Part shown: positions 45,188 to 56,756 of the stretch, piece after piece
Layout of the letters: every line of letters begins with the position of its first letter
How positions within the stretch are numbered: the first letter of the stretch is position 1
Assembly: GCA_049890295.1 (NCBI GenBank)
Contig: JBMHBP010000009.1
Location: forward strand, 12,569-76,568
Direction: 5' to 3'
Length of the DNA: 64,000 nucleotides
Source: Flavobacteriales bacterium
GTDB lineage: Bacteria > Bacteroidota > Bacteroidia > Flavobacteriales > UBA7312
Translations under genes and position numbers: made by a program
Notes under the pieces: generated by a model
Databases searched by the model: none
Told to the model about the DNA's origin: nothing
What the model saw: the letters and a program-made list of their open reading frames with translations, nothing else

Positions 45188-48007
45188 TTATTTAATTTTT
45201 AATTCAACAACTTTACCGAATTTTTCAAGCTTATCTTTCAAGGCGTACTTATTTCCTACTACTACTACTACGTGATTTTCGGCATCTAAGTATTTATTAG
45301 CTAAAGTTTTTATATCATTGGTAGATAAGCTCTTTAAAATATCTTTTTGTTTAGATATATAGTTTCTATCTAAACCATAACGCTGTATTCTTGCTAAAAA
45401 ACGTGTTTTTTGAAAGGCTGTTTCATACCTTAAGGCATCTGAGTTTGAAATAGAGTTTTGAGTAAAAGCTAATTCTTCCTCATTTATTCCATTAGCAATA
45501 TAACTTTCTAATTCTGAATATATTTCAGATAATGCACTGTCAGTTGCTTCAGATCTTACGGAAGTATTGATATAAAAAATACCATCAGTATCATTTCCGT
45601 CAAATGCGGAACGAATTCCATAAGTATAACCCTTATCTTCTCTTAAATTTAGGTTTAATCGACTACTAAAAGTACCTCCAAATAAGAAATTCATAACATA
45701 AGCTTTATAATAATCACCATATGCATCATACTTTAACCCTTTGTGTGCTAATGTGATAATAGATTGAGGACCTGGTTTATGAACAAGATAAATCGTTTTG
45801 CCTTGAATTGATGACAAAGGAATATTTTTGTTGATTTCAATCTCCTCACCTTCCCATTGATTTAAAAACTTCAGTTTAGGCATAACTTGCTCTTTAGTCA
45901 TATCACCCACCACAACCACGCTAGCAAGTGCTGAGTTGTACTGTTTTTTGTAGAATGATTTAACTTCAGAAAGCTTAAGTTTTTCTATCCCTTTAACTGT
46001 TGGCATCATTCCTCTAATTGTTTTTCCATATAGAATACTAGCCATAGCTTCGCTAGCCATATTTCGAGCTGATTTCTTGTTGTTATTGATGGATTCTTTT
46101 AATTGCTTCTTATTACGTTCAAAATCTTCTTCACTAAAAGCTGGGTTAAATAATTTTTCCCTTAATATCTCTATGGTTTCATCAACATTGGATACTAAAC
46201 TTGATACAAAAATACTGGAAGTTCTTTCACTAGAACTAAATGAAATTGAACTGCCCAAACCATCAAGCTTTGAACTTATTTCTTCAGTTGAATAATTTTT
46301 AGTCCCTTCATTAAGAAGCATTGCTGTTAAATCTGATAAACCAGCTTTCTTAACATCGTCTATTAATAAATCACCACCTTCTAATGTAATTAGAAAATTA
46401 ACTTTTGGTACTTCTTCGTTTTCAGCTCCAATTACTGGTATGGAAGTACCTCCTTCCATAGCATTTAAATTAACATTACTTTCGTAATAAACAGGTACTT
46501 TTACTGACTTAGCTTCTCCTGCTGTAGGACGAATTGACCGGTCAAATGAATCTACTGGTCTGTTATAAACTAATCCTTCATATTGTGCATCTTTCTTAAA
46601 AGGAACATGAGAAAATGGATTGATACTTTTTACTGAATCTTCCGAGCCAAATGGAAGTGGGAAATAATCAATTCCAACACTCTTTTTATTCTTAATATAT
46701 TTATTATAAACACGTTTAACATCTTCTAATGTTACTGACTCGTAACGCTCAATTTCTTTACCAAAGTTATATGGCTCGTTATTTTTTATATCGAGTAGAT
46801 ATGCCCACATAGTTAACTGTGAAGCTTTTCCTTGAACACTGGATAAACCATCAATAATATCAGAACGCATTTTAGATTTGAATCTATCTAAAGCCTCTTG
46901 AGTTATAAATTGGTCAAAATTGTTTATGATTTCATTAATTTTTGTCTCAGTTTCAGCAAAAGTAAACTCTGGATACGATATCACTTGAATCATAAACTCA
47001 CCGGTCAGTTCTGAACAAGGGTGCATAACTACTGCTTGTACAGCCTTCTCAGTTTTAACAAACTCTTTATAAAACTGCGAGTTATTTCCACCTCCCATCA
47101 TATTTGCTAAAGCATCAAGTGGTGCCTCGTCTTTATGATAATTACCTACCGTAGGATAAACAAAGGCTGCCATTGGAAAATATATTCGGTCAGCAAATTT
47201 TCTATACTTATTTTGTGGAAGAATTACTCGAGGAACTCTTAAATTTCTAACTTCTTGACCCTTTGGGATAGATCCAAAATATTTTTTTGATAAAGCTAAT
47301 ACATCCTCAGAATTTATATCGCCTGAAACAACTAAATAAGCATTGTTTGGACCATACCACCTCAAAAAGAAATCTTTTAATTCATTGACAGTTACACGAT
47401 CTAAGTCATCAACATAACCAATTGTTGGCCATGAATAAGGGTGGCCTTTAGGGTATAGTGTTTGGTCTTTTACTTCCCAAAGCATACCGTAGGGTACATT
47501 GACCTGATTCTGCATTTTTTCGTTTTTAACTGCATCTCTCTGATTTTCAAATTTTTCTTGAGTTACTGCATTTAATAAATAACCCATTCTGTCAGCTTCT
47601 AACCACAGTGCAGTTTCTAATTGATTACTTGGAATAGTTTGATAATAATTCGTCCTATCTCTATTAGTTGTACCGTTCATAGTACCTCCACTCTCTGAAA
47701 TAATTTTAAAATGCTCATCATCACCAACATGCTCTGATCCTTGAAACATCATGTGCTCAAAGAAGTGTGCAAAACCAGTCATACCAATTTGTTCTCTGTT
47801 TGAACCTACATGATAGGTAACTTCAACATGAACCATTGGGTCTGAATTATCTTCGTGTATTAATATTGTAAGGCCATTATCAAGTTGCCAAACTTCATAT
47901 GGTATATCATATTCACTTTGCTTGGTAACATCATGTAATTGTGTTTGAGCAAGTAAACCAAAAGTTGTAAATAATACAACTGATAGTGTCAATAGAAATT
48001 TTTTCAT
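45188..48007 (-). CDS. M16-family (pitrilysin/insulinase-like) zinc peptidase, tandem double unit
   Basis: Signal peptide and inverted zinc motif HFFEHMMFQG (HxxEH). The 939-aa length is consistent with two M16 modules. Confidence 0.85.
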   Translation of the reverse strand: MKKFLLTLSVVLFTTFGLLAQTQLHDVTKQSEYDIPYEVWQLDNGLTILIHEDNSDPMVHVEVTYHVGSNREQIGMTGFAHFFEHMMFQGSEHVGDDEHFKIISESGGTMNGTTNRDRTNYYQTIPSNQLETALWLEADRMGYLLNAVTQEKFENQRDAVKNEKMQNQVNVPYGMLWEVKDQTLYPKGHPYSWPTIGYVDDLDRVTVNELKDFFLRWYGPNNAYLVVSGDINSEDVLALSKKYFGSIPKGQEVRNLRVPRVILPQNKYRKFADRIYFPMAAFVYPTVGNYHKDEAPLDALANMMGGGNNSQFYKEFVKTEKAVQAVVMHPCSELTGEFMIQVISYPEFTFAETETKINEIINNFDQFITQEALDRFKSKMRSDIIDGLSSVQGKASQLTMWAYLLDIKNNEPYNFGKEIERYESVTLEDVKRVYNKYIKNKKSVGIDYFPLPFGSEDSVKSINPFSHVPFKKDAQYEGLVYNRPVDSFDRSIRPTAGEAKSVKVPVYYESNVNLNAMEGGTSIPVIGAENEEVPKVNFLITLEGGDLLIDDVKKAGLSDLTAMLLNEGTKNYSTEEISSKLDGLGSSISFSSSERTSSIFVSSLVSNVDETIEILREKLFNPAFSEEDFERNKKQLKESINNNKKSARNMASEAMASILYGKTIRGMMPTVKGIEKLKLSEVKSFYKKQYNSALASVVVVGDMTKEQVMPKLKFLNQWEGEEIEINKNIPLSSIQGKTIYLVHKPGPQSIITLAHKGLKYDAYGDYYKAYVMNFLFGGTFSSRLNLNLREDKGYTYGIRSAFDGNDTDGIFYINTSVRSEATDSALSEIYSELESYIANGINEEELAFTQNSISNSDALRYETAFQKTRFLARIQRYGLDRNYISKQKDILKSLSTNDIKTLANKYLDAENHVVVVVGNKYALKDKLEKFGKVVELKIK

Positions 48008-48042
48008 AATAAAAGTTTTTTAAGATATTATATTTTGAATAA

Positions 48043-48050
48043 CAAAGTTA
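48043..48050 (-). promoter_or_regulatory. Candidate -7 promoter box TAACTTTG (minus strand)
   Basis: The plus-strand sequence CAAAGTTA lies 36 nt upstream of the M16 peptidase ATG at 48007. Confidence 0.35.
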
Positions 48051-48059
48051 ATATGAAAA

Positions 48060-50564
48060 TTATTCATCAGATGTATTAGCCTCTGTATTTGAATCAGACA
48101 AAGATTCATTATTTTCAACTTCTTCTGAAGCTGCAGGAACCTTTGCTACTGCTGCAATTGAATCTTTTTCTCTCAGTTTTATAATTCTAACACCTTGTGT
48201 AGCACGACCCATTTGTCGTAAATCAGCTACTGAAATTCTAATGGTGATTCCTGATTTGTTAACGACCATTAAATCATTCTCGTCTGTTACATTTTTAAGT
48301 GCTATCAAACTACCTGTTTTATCAGTCACATTGATTGTTTTTACACCTTTACCACCTCTATTTGTAATTCTGTAATCTTCAATGCTAGATCGTTTACCAT
48401 ATCCGTTCTCAGAAACAACTAAAACATCTGATTCGAAATCGTTTACACATATCATTCCAACCACTTCGTCTGAATTAGAAGCTAAAGTTACCCCTCTAAC
48501 ACCGGAGGCAGTTCGACCCATTGGACGAACTTTTTCTTCCTCAAATCGAATAGCTTTACCAGATTTTACAGCCAACATTATTTGTGAATTTCCTGTTGTT
48601 AACTTGGCTTCTAGAAGTTGATCCTCTTCACGGATTGTAATTGCATTAATTCCATTTTGACGAGGTCTTGAATAAGCCACTAAAGAAGTCTTTTTGACAA
48701 CACCTTTTTTAGTACACATAACTACATAATGATTATTGACATACTCTTCATCTTTCAAATCTTTGGTGTTGATGAATGCCATAATCTTATCATCAGAAGG
48801 AATATTGATCATATTTTGAATTGCTCTTCCTTTAGTGGCTTTTGCACCTTCTGGAATTTCAAAAACTCTTAACCAAAAACATCTACCTTTTTCTGTGAAG
48901 AAAAGCATGTAATCGTGGTTATTAGCAACAAAAATATCTTCTAAGAAATCAGAATCTCTAGTAGTAGCACCTTTGGATCCTACTCCACCTCTATTTTGTG
49001 ATTTGTATTCGGTGAGTTTTGTACGTTTGATATATCCTAAATGAGAAATTGTAATGGCTACTTCTTCATTTGGAATCATATCTTCTATTCTAAAGTCTTC
49101 CCCACCATATTCAATTGTTGAACGTCTTTCATCACCATATTTTTCTTTGACTTCTAATAATTCCGTCTTTATGATACCCATTCTCACATCTTCATTATCT
49201 AAAATATTTTTCAAATGAGAAATGGTTTTCATAAGCTCGTCGTACTCCCCTTTTAACTTATCTCTTTCAAGTCCAGTAAGCTTTTGTAGTCTTAAGTCAA
49301 GTATCGCCCTAGCTTGAGTCTCGGATAAATTAAAGTTAGACATTAAGCCATTTCTGGCGTCTTCAGGAGTTCTTGATGAACGAATTAAAGATATGACATC
49401 ATCCAAGTGGTCTAAGGCTATAAGGAGTCCTTCCAATATGTGAGCTCTTTTTTCAGCTTGCTCTAACTCAAATTGTGTTCTTCTAACAACAACTTCATGT
49501 CTGTGATCCACAAAATGTTCAATCAGTTGTTTAACATTTAATTGTTCAGGTCTACCTTTTACTAAAGCAATATTATTTACACTGAAAGAAGATTGTAATT
49601 GAGTGTATTTAAATAGTTTATTAAGAACAATGTTTGGAATAGCATCTCTTTTCAACTCATAAACGATTCGCATCCCTTTTCTATCGGATTCATCTCTTAT
49701 GTCGTGAATACCATCAATTTTTTTATCATTAATCAAATCAGCTGTTTTTCTAATCATTTCAGCTTTGTTGACCATGTAAGGAATTTCAGAAACTATAATA
49801 GCTTCTCTGTTTCCTACTTCTTCAAAAGAAGTTTTTGCACGAATAACAACTCTTCCCTTTCCAGTTTCGAAAGCATTTTTCACACCTTCATAACCGTAAA
49901 TAATTCCACCGGTTGGGAAATCAGGTGCTTTGATATGCTGCATTAATCCTGCGACATCGATATCTCTATTTTCAATCAAAGCTACTGTTGCGTCAACGAC
50001 TTCAGATAAGTTGTGTGGTGCCATATTAGTTGCCATTCCAACAGCAATACCAGAAGTACCATTACATAAAAGATTTGGAATTCTAGAGGGTAAAACAACT
50101 GGCTCTTTAATTGAATCATCAAAATTTAACTGATAATCAACTGTATTTTTATCAATATCTGACAGCAACTCTTCAGCAGCTTTTCTTAGACGTGCCTCAG
50201 TATAACGCATGGCGGCAGGACTATCACCATCAATTGAACCAAAATTACCCTGCCCATCAACCAACATATAGCGAAGCGACCACTCTTGTGCCATTCTTAC
50301 CATTGTATCATAAACAGAGGTGTCTCCATGAGGGTGAAACTTACCAAGTACTTCACCAACTATACGAGCTGATTTTTTATATGACTTAGTAGAAGTAACT
50401 CCAAGTTCATGCATTCCGTATAAAACTCTACGGTGAACGGGTTTTAATCCATCTCTTACATCAGGTAAAGCTCTTGAAACAATAACAGACATCGAATAAT
50501 CGATGTATTTTGACTTCATTTCTTCCTCTATGTTGATAGGTATAATTTTTTCTCCGTCCGCCAT
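48060..50564 (-). CDS. gyrA: DNA gyrase subunit A
   Basis: [27 protein letters not shown], GyrA-box-like [10 protein letters not shown], acidic C-terminal tail. Confidence 0.95.
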   Translation of the reverse strand: MADGEKIIPINIEEEMKSKYIDYSMSVIVSRALPDVRDGLKPVHRRVLYGMHELGVTSTKSYKKSARIVGEVLGKFHPHGDTSVYDTMVRMAQEWSLRYMLVDGQGNFGSIDGDSPAAMRYTEARLRKAAEELLSDIDKNTVDYQLNFDDSIKEPVVLPSRIPNLLCNGTSGIAVGMATNMAPHNLSEVVDATVALIENRDIDVAGLMQHIKAPDFPTGGIIYGYEGVKNAFETGKGRVVIRAKTSFEEVGNREAIIVSEIPYMVNKAEMIRKTADLINDKKIDGIHDIRDESDRKGMRIVYELKRDAIPNIVLNKLFKYTQLQSSFSVNNIALVKGRPEQLNVKQLIEHFVDHRHEVVVRRTQFELEQAEKRAHILEGLLIALDHLDDVISLIRSSRTPEDARNGLMSNFNLSETQARAILDLRLQKLTGLERDKLKGEYDELMKTISHLKNILDNEDVRMGIIKTELLEVKEKYGDERRSTIEYGGEDFRIEDMIPNEEVAITISHLGYIKRTKLTEYKSQNRGGVGSKGATTRDSDFLEDIFVANNHDYMLFFTEKGRCFWLRVFEIPEGAKATKGRAIQNMINIPSDDKIMAFINTKDLKDEEYVNNHYVVMCTKKGVVKKTSLVAYSRPRQNGINAITIREEDQLLEAKLTTGNSQIMLAVKSGKAIRFEEEKVRPMGRTASGVRGVTLASNSDEVVGMICVNDFESDVLVVSENGYGKRSSIEDYRITNRGGKGVKTINVTDKTGSLIALKNVTDENDLMVVNKSGITIRISVADLRQMGRATQGVRIIKLREKDSIAAVAKVPAASEEVENNESLSDSNTEANTSDE

Positions 50565-50740
50565 AATTTTATAATTAAAAAACAGTTAATAATGATGACG
50601 AATTTAACTAATAAAGACGCTGGTTCACATAAATTTTAACCAATAATTATTAACAGAAAAAATGTTGATAAATCAACCAGTTTGTTTCGCATTTCATAAC
50701 GTTCTTATGATTAATTTGCTATCATAAAATTTAAGCACAA

Positions 50741-53302
50741 ATGGATTCTAAATTTTCACAACGATTAAACGATGTATTAAGTTACAGTAAGGAAGAGGCA
50801 TTAAGGCTAGGACATAACTCTATTGGCCCAGAACATTTTCTTTTGGGTATTTTGCGTGATGGCAAAGGTTCTGCCGCAATGATATTGAAAGCTCTTGAAG
50901 TAGACTTAGTCGCATTGAGAAAAGTCGTTGAAAATTCCATATTCAACAATGAAAAAAGTGATTATTCAGATCAATCAAGTTTGGAACTTAAAAAACAAGC
51001 CGCTAAAGCAGTAAAACTTGCCAATTTAGAGTTACTTGTTTTTAAAAGCTCTGAAATAAGAACAATACACTTATTACTTTCAATGTTAAAAGATCCAGAT
51101 AGTATAGTAACCCTATCATTAAAAAAATTCAATATTGATTACGAAGCTGTAAAAAATGAATTTACACTAATGAATGAAGGAATGAAAAATAATGAATTAG
51201 AAAACTCTGATTCATCTGACCTCAATTCACCTAGTTCCAGTCTTGGAAGTTCAGATTCGGATGATGAATTCTTTTCTGATAAACCCAATAAACCTTCCAA
51301 ACCTTCAAAAAAATCATCAACACCAGTGCTGGATAACTTTGGTAGAGACTTAACCAAAATGGCTGCTGAAGATAAACTTGACCCCATCGTAGGAAGAGAA
51401 AAAGAAATTGAAAGAGTTTCACAAATTTTAAGTCGTAGAAAAAAGAATAATCCAATTTTAATTGGTGAGCCTGGTGTTGGTAAATCTGCAATAGCTGAAG
51501 GATTGGCACTTAGAATTATTCAACGAAAAGTATCACGTGTTTTATTTAACAAAAGAATAATTTCTTTGGATTTAGCTGCCTTAGTAGCTGGCACAAAATA
51601 TAGAGGGCAGTTTGAAGAACGTATGAAAGCTATTCTTAATGAGTTAGAAATAAACTCAGACATCATTTTATTCATAGATGAAATTCATACTATTGTTGGT
51701 GCTGGCGGCGCATCTGGATCTTTAGATGCCTCAAATATGTTTAAACCTGCTTTAGCTAGAGGTGAACTGCAATGTATAGGCGCCACCACATTAGATGAGT
51801 ATAGACAACATATAGAAAAAGATGGTGCTTTGGAAAGACGATTCCAACGCGTTATTGTTGACCCTACATCCATCGATGAAACAATTCAAATTCTTCAAAA
51901 TATTAAGGAACGTTATGAAGATCACCACAATGTTATCTATACTCAAGAGGCATTGGAGTCTTGTGTAGCTCTAACCAATAGATACATGAGCGACAGACAT
52001 CTACCCGATAAAGCCATAGATGCTCTTGACGAAGCTGGGTCAAGGGTACATATTAACAATATTAATGTTCCTGACAATATATTAACTCTTGAAAAAGAGC
52101 TTGATGCCATCAAACACAAAAAAATTCAAGTCATAAAGAAACAACGCTTCGAAGAAGCTGCTCATCTAAGAGATGAAGAACGTCAAATTGAAAATAACCT
52201 CAAACATGCTAAACAAGTGTGGGAGGAAGAACTTAAAAATCAACGTGAAACAGTCGACCAAGATAATGTTGCTGAGGTAGTTGCTATGATGACTGGTGTA
52301 CCTGTTCAGCGTATTGCCGAACAAGAAAGTAAAAAACTTGTTCAAATGGAAAGTGATTTACAAAGCCGCGTAATTGGTCAGAATGAAGCAATTTCAAAAA
52401 TTGTAAAAGCAATCAGACGAAATCGTGTTGGCTTAAAAGATCCTGAAAAACCAATCGGATCATTTATATTTCTTGGACCAACCGGTGTTGGTAAAACCCA
52501 ATTAGCCAAGGAATTAGCAAAACTTATGTTCGACACTAATGACTCTCTAATAAGAATTGACATGAGTGAGTATATGGAAAAGTTTGCAGTTTCTCGATTA
52601 GTTGGATCTCCTCCTGGATACATAGGTTACGAAGAAGGTGGACAACTGACAGAAAAGGTACGACGTAAGCCATATAGTATTATCTTATTAGATGAAGTTG
52701 AAAAAGCACATCCAGATGTATTTAATCTTATGCTTCAAGTTCTTGATGATGGTTATATGACTGATAGCTTAGGAAGAAAAATAAACTTCAAAAATACTAT
52801 CATCATAATGACTTCAAATATTGGCTCTAGACAATTAAAAGACTTTGGTCAGGGTGTTGGTTTTACAACAGATGCTCGTAAAAAATCTTTAGAATCGGAT
52901 TCTAAAGGAGTTATCGAAAAAGCTCTTAAAAAAGCTTTTGCACCTGAGTTTTTAAATCGTATTGATGATGTCATAATGTTTAACTCATTGAGTAATGAGA
53001 ACATTCATGAAATTATAGATATTGAACTTAAATCACTCTATGGAAGAATTGGTGATTTGGGATACACTCTAAAACTTGATAATAAAGCCAAAGACTTTAT
53101 AGCTGATAGAGGATATGACATCAATTTTGGTGCAAGGCCACTGAAGCGTGCTATTCAAAAATACCTAGAGGATATTATTGCTGAAGAAATCGTTAATTCA
53201 AATATCGATGAAGGTGATACAATTCAAATAACTCTCGATAAAAACGAAGTTAGTTTAGAGTTAAAAATCAAAAAACCAAAAAGTAAAAAAGCAAGTAGTT
53301 AA
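50741..53302 (+). CDS. clpC: ATP-dependent Clp protease ATP-binding subunit (ClpC-type AAA+ chaperone)
   Basis: Clp_N repeats, two Walker A motifs (GEPGVGKSA, GPTGVGKT) and a short UVR-like middle domain (KKQRFEEAAHLRDEE). A Ser/Asp/Lys-rich linker follows the N-domain. Confidence 0.9.
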   Translation: MDSKFSQRLNDVLSYSKEEALRLGHNSIGPEHFLLGILRDGKGSAAMILKALEVDLVALRKVVENSIFNNEKSDYSDQSSLELKKQAAKAVKLANLELLVFKSSEIRTIHLLLSMLKDPDSIVTLSLKKFNIDYEAVKNEFTLMNEGMKNNELENSDSSDLNSPSSSLGSSDSDDEFFSDKPNKPSKPSKKSSTPVLDNFGRDLTKMAAEDKLDPIVGREKEIERVSQILSRRKKNNPILIGEPGVGKSAIAEGLALRIIQRKVSRVLFNKRIISLDLAALVAGTKYRGQFEERMKAILNELEINSDIILFIDEIHTIVGAGGASGSLDASNMFKPALARGELQCIGATTLDEYRQHIEKDGALERRFQRVIVDPTSIDETIQILQNIKERYEDHHNVIYTQEALESCVALTNRYMSDRHLPDKAIDALDEAGSRVHINNINVPDNILTLEKELDAIKHKKIQVIKKQRFEEAAHLRDEERQIENNLKHAKQVWEEELKNQRETVDQDNVAEVVAMMTGVPVQRIAEQESKKLVQMESDLQSRVIGQNEAISKIVKAIRRNRVGLKDPEKPIGSFIFLGPTGVGKTQLAKELAKLMFDTNDSLIRIDMSEYMEKFAVSRLVGSPPGYIGYEEGGQLTEKVRRKPYSIILLDEVEKAHPDVFNLMLQVLDDGYMTDSLGRKINFKNTIIIMTSNIGSRQLKDFGQGVGFTTDARKKSLESDSKGVIEKALKKAFAPEFLNRIDDVIMFNSLSNENIHEIIDIELKSLYGRIGDLGYTLKLDNKAKDFIADRGYDINFGARPLKRAIQKYLEDIIAEEIVNSNIDEGDTIQITLDKNEVSLELKIKKPKSKKASS

Positions 53303-54118
53303 TTAAGATTCTAAGAATCGTTCAAGAATCTCTTGACTTACACCTGTATTTGAAAATCCACCATCGTGGAACAAGTTCTGCATCGTAACTGATTGTGTTA
53401 AATCAGAAAATAAAGTAACACAATATTTTGCACATGCATCTGCTGATGCGTTTCCAAGTGGAGATAATTGTTCTGCATAGTTAAAGAAACCATCAAACCC
53501 TTTTACTCCACTACCAGCTGTTGTAATTGTTGGAGACTGTGAAATAGTATTTACCCTAACTTTATTGCGTTTACCAAAATGATATCCAAAGCTTCTTGCT
53601 ATACTTTCTAAAAATGACTTATTATCAGCCATATCGTTATAATCAGGAAAAGTTCGCTGTGCAGCGATATATGACAAGGCTAAAATTGAACCAAAATCAT
53701 TCATAGCATCAAGTTTCCAGGCTGATTGCATTACTTTATGAAATGAAATAGCTGAAACATCTAAACCTTTTACAGTAAAGTCATAATTCTGATCAGTGTA
53801 ATGTTTTCCTTTTCTGACATTTACTGACATTCCAATTGAATGTAAAATAAAATCTATCTTACCCCCTAATGCTTCTACAGATTTTGAAATTAAAGACTCG
53901 ATATCATCTACATTTGTTGCGTCTGCTGGAATAACTTGAGAATTTGTTTTTTCAGCCAGCTCATTAATGCTACCCATCCTTAATGCAATTGGTGCATTGG
54001 TAAGAATAAATTTAGCACCTTGTTCGTGACAGTTTTCTGCTACTTTCCATGCAATAGATTTGCTATCTAAGGCACCAAAAATTATTCCTCTTTTCCCTTT
54101 AAGTAAATTATTAGACAT
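53303..54118 (-). CDS. fabI: Enoyl-[acyl-carrier-protein] reductase (NADH)
   Basis: N-terminus LKGKRGIIFGALDSKSIAW and the Y-x6-K region YNDMADNKSFLES. Length 271 aa. Confidence 0.85.
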   Translation of the reverse strand: MSNNLLKGKRGIIFGALDSKSIAWKVAENCHEQGAKFILTNAPIALRMGSINELAEKTNSQVIPADATNVDDIESLISKSVEALGGKIDFILHSIGMSVNVRKGKHYTDQNYDFTVKGLDVSAISFHKVMQSAWKLDAMNDFGSILALSYIAAQRTFPDYNDMADNKSFLESIARSFGYHFGKRNKVRVNTISQSPTITTAGSGVKGFDGFFNYAEQLSPLGNASADACAKYCVTLFSDLTQSVTMQNLFHDGGFSNTGVSQEILERFLES

Positions 54119-54157
54119 TGAATATCGTTTAAAATTTTGTTTACAAATATATATGAA

Positions 54158-55822
54158 TTATTCAGCATTAAGTAAATCAGCGGCATTCTTAATAGAGGAT
54201 GACGTAATTGATTGACCACTCAACATATTAGCGATTTCGTTTATTCGGTCCTCATTATTTAGTTTAGAAATAGTCGTTTTTGTATGATGTTCATGCTCTT
54301 TTTTTGATACCAAAAACTGTGTTTGTGCTTTTGCTGCTACTTGAGGAAGATGGGTGATACTGATTACTTGAATATTTTCAGACATTTTTTTCATCATTTC
54401 TGCCATCTTATGAGCAATATTTCCAGAAACACCAGTATCTATTTCATCAAATAAAATAGATGATAGATTTGATTTTTCTGCCAATATAAATTTAAAACAC
54501 AGCATCAATCTTGATAATTCTCCACCGGAGGCTATTTTAGAGATGTCTTCAGGATTTACTCCTTTATTGGCAGTGAATTTAAATTGAAATTCGTCTAGCC
54601 CAAAATGAGTAAGCTGATCATTCTTTTTGTGCTCAATAATAAAGTTAGAGTTTGAAATACCTAAATCTGAAATAAGCGAAACAATTTTATCTTCAAGTGC
54701 TTTTTTTTGTGTTAAGCGATTTGCTGATAATTGCTCTGCTATCTGATTTGCTTTTTCGTAACTCAATAAACGTTTTTTTTCTAACCTTTCTATATCTGAG
54801 TCAATTTCAAAAATTTGACCTAACTCAGTTTGAAGCTCGTACTTTAAATCAACTAATTGTTCAATGGTTTGTAAAGAATGTTTAAATAATAACCCATTGA
54901 TTAGTGCCGCTCGTTCTTTAAGTGATTTAAAGTGATTTTGATCAATACCGTCTTCATATTTTTCAAGAATAGTATTCAGTTCATATGAACAATCTTTTAG
55001 TTCAATAATTACACTATTTAATCGTTCATTAATAGCATTTATATTTTTCTCTTTTGCAGAAACAGATAGTAAAAGAGATTCTAACTGACTAAGTAATGAA
55101 ACTATTGAAGGTTCATTAACATCACACATTCCCACAGCCTGTAAAAGTGTGCTTTTTATTTCTTCAAAATTTTCAAAAGAATGTAATTCATCTTCAATAT
55201 TAGAATCTGTTTTGGGTGATAAATTCAATTCGTTTATTTCATTAAATAAAAACTGTTTATAATCACTTTCCTTTTTTAGGGTTAGTTCTCTTTCCTTTAG
55301 ATTATTTAATTGTTTGTTTATAGAGTTAAATGTTTTAAACTCTAAATTATAGTCTTCCAACAAATCAGCATGTTCACAAAAGGAATCAATAATTTTGTGC
55401 TGATAATGTTGTTTGTTAATTAACAAGGTTTGATGTTGAGAATGTATGTCTAACAATAGAAAACCAAGTTCTTTAAGTACTGGCAGATTTACTGGTGTAT
55501 CATTAATAAACGCCCTACTCCTACCATTTTGATTGATTTCGCGTCTTAATACGGTATGGTTGTAATAGTCTAAGTTATGCTTATCAAAAAAAAAGAAAAG
55601 ATTGTAGTCAGTAATAATAAATTCAGACTCTACAACACACTTAAAATCTTGATTGCCTAAACATTTTGAATCTGCTCGATCACCAAGAACTAAACCTAAT
55701 GCACCTATTAATATAGACTTACCAGCTCCCGTTTCTCCTGTGATTGAAGTAAAACCAGCATTAAAATCTATAGATAAAGCGTCAATAAGAACATAATTTT
55801 TAATAGTCAAACGATTTAACAT
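54158..55822 (-). CDS. recN: DNA repair protein RecN
   Basis: N-terminal Walker A GETGAGKS, a long coiled-coil, a C-terminal signature ASGGELSRLML and Walker B ILFDEIDTG. Confidence 0.9.
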   Translation of the reverse strand: MLNRLTIKNYVLIDALSIDFNAGFTSITGETGAGKSILIGALGLVLGDRADSKCLGNQDFKCVVESEFIITDYNLFFFFDKHNLDYYNHTVLRREINQNGRSRAFINDTPVNLPVLKELGFLLLDIHSQHQTLLINKQHYQHKIIDSFCEHADLLEDYNLEFKTFNSINKQLNNLKERELTLKKESDYKQFLFNEINELNLSPKTDSNIEDELHSFENFEEIKSTLLQAVGMCDVNEPSIVSLLSQLESLLLSVSAKEKNINAINERLNSVIIELKDCSYELNTILEKYEDGIDQNHFKSLKERAALINGLLFKHSLQTIEQLVDLKYELQTELGQIFEIDSDIERLEKKRLLSYEKANQIAEQLSANRLTQKKALEDKIVSLISDLGISNSNFIIEHKKNDQLTHFGLDEFQFKFTANKGVNPEDISKIASGGELSRLMLCFKFILAEKSNLSSILFDEIDTGVSGNIAHKMAEMMKKMSENIQVISITHLPQVAAKAQTQFLVSKKEHEHHTKTTISKLNNEDRINEIANMLSGQSITSSSIKNAADLLNAE

Positions 55823-55823
55823 T

Positions 55824-56756
55824 TTATTTTGAATTTGGTGTTAAACGTTCTGATGAATTATTCTCTTTGATTTTGTTGTATTTGTTAAGGTTTGAGGGAT
55901 CAAGTTCAGTAAGTAATTTGAAAATTCTATTTTTTTCATCCTGAAAAGCACCAGAGTATATACTTGATATCTCATCGGCCTTGGCATTAAAAAATAAATT
56001 TAATATAAATGCTGTTGGATTCTTCTGCTTTATTTTTCTCATGTCCTCAATACTCTGAGTTACTATACCTCTGCCCTTTTCATTATCATCATGCATAATA
56101 TCTAAGCCGGAACGATGATAATTATATAGTACGTCGTGAAAAGAACTATATTTAGCATCTAGTAATTCTTCTGCTAGCCAATATCTATTTGTGTTACTCT
56201 CAAAAGCTTTCCAACCTTTTTCTTGAGCTGATTGGGCATTTTCAACTATTTTTTTTGCTTTTTGTAAATATAAATTTCCTTCATTTTTAGCAAAAGTGGC
56301 ATAGTCTAAGCCTATAATTATGTAGGTATAAAACGATAATAAAGCTGAGAGATTTGAGCCATGAGTATTTTCGTTATACTCTAATGGGTTTGTCTCGATA
56401 TAGTCAAACTCAATTTCTGAGTCTAGATAATTAATTATTGGCGAATAATATGAACTATTAAAAACTGGTCGAGAATATTGAATTTGTAGACTTCCACTAT
56501 ATCTATCAGTAGATATCTTTTCAAAGATATTAAACGAAAGATTAAATTCTATTCGTTCGTCTTCATTAAAAACTTCATTTGTCCATTTACGGTTATTCAC
56601 AAATTCTCGAACAGATTTTTGTAAGGTTTGAAGTTTTTGTCTATCGCTTATAGGAATTTCACTTTTTGGTAAAACACGTACATTACACAACACCTCTTGT
56701 GAAAGTAAATCAGTATAAAAAAACAGAACTGAAACTAATAATAGGATTGTTTTCAT
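55824..56756 (-). CDS. DUF4835-family protein (a family I recall being renamed T9SS protein PorD; not verified here)
   Basis: Signal peptide. Conserved position between coaBC and recN, as in many Bacteroidota. Family assignment is by synteny and memory. Confidence 0.5.
   Translation of the reverse strand: MKTILLLVSVLFFYTDLLSQEVLCNVRVLPKSEIPISDRQKLQTLQKSVREFVNNRKWTNEVFNEDERIEFNLSFNIFEKISTDRYSGSLQIQYSRPVFNSSYYSPIINYLDSEIEFDYIETNPLEYNENTHGSNLSALLSFYTYIIIGLDYATFAKNEGNLYLQKAKKIVENAQSAQEKGWKAFESNTNRYWLAEELLDAKYSSFHDVLYNYHRSGLDIMHDDNEKGRGIVTQSIEDMRKIKQKNPTAFILNLFFNAKADEISSIYSGAFQDEKNRIFKLLTELDPSNLNKYNKIKENNSSERLTPNSK

Noticed and set aside
50664-50677. Reading GTTGAT-AA-ATCAAC as a classical FNR box
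   Set aside because: FNR boxes are TTGAT-N4-ATCAA. Here the TTGAT/ATCAA half-sites are separated by only 2 nt, so the geometry does not fit. It is kept only as a generic candidate operator.
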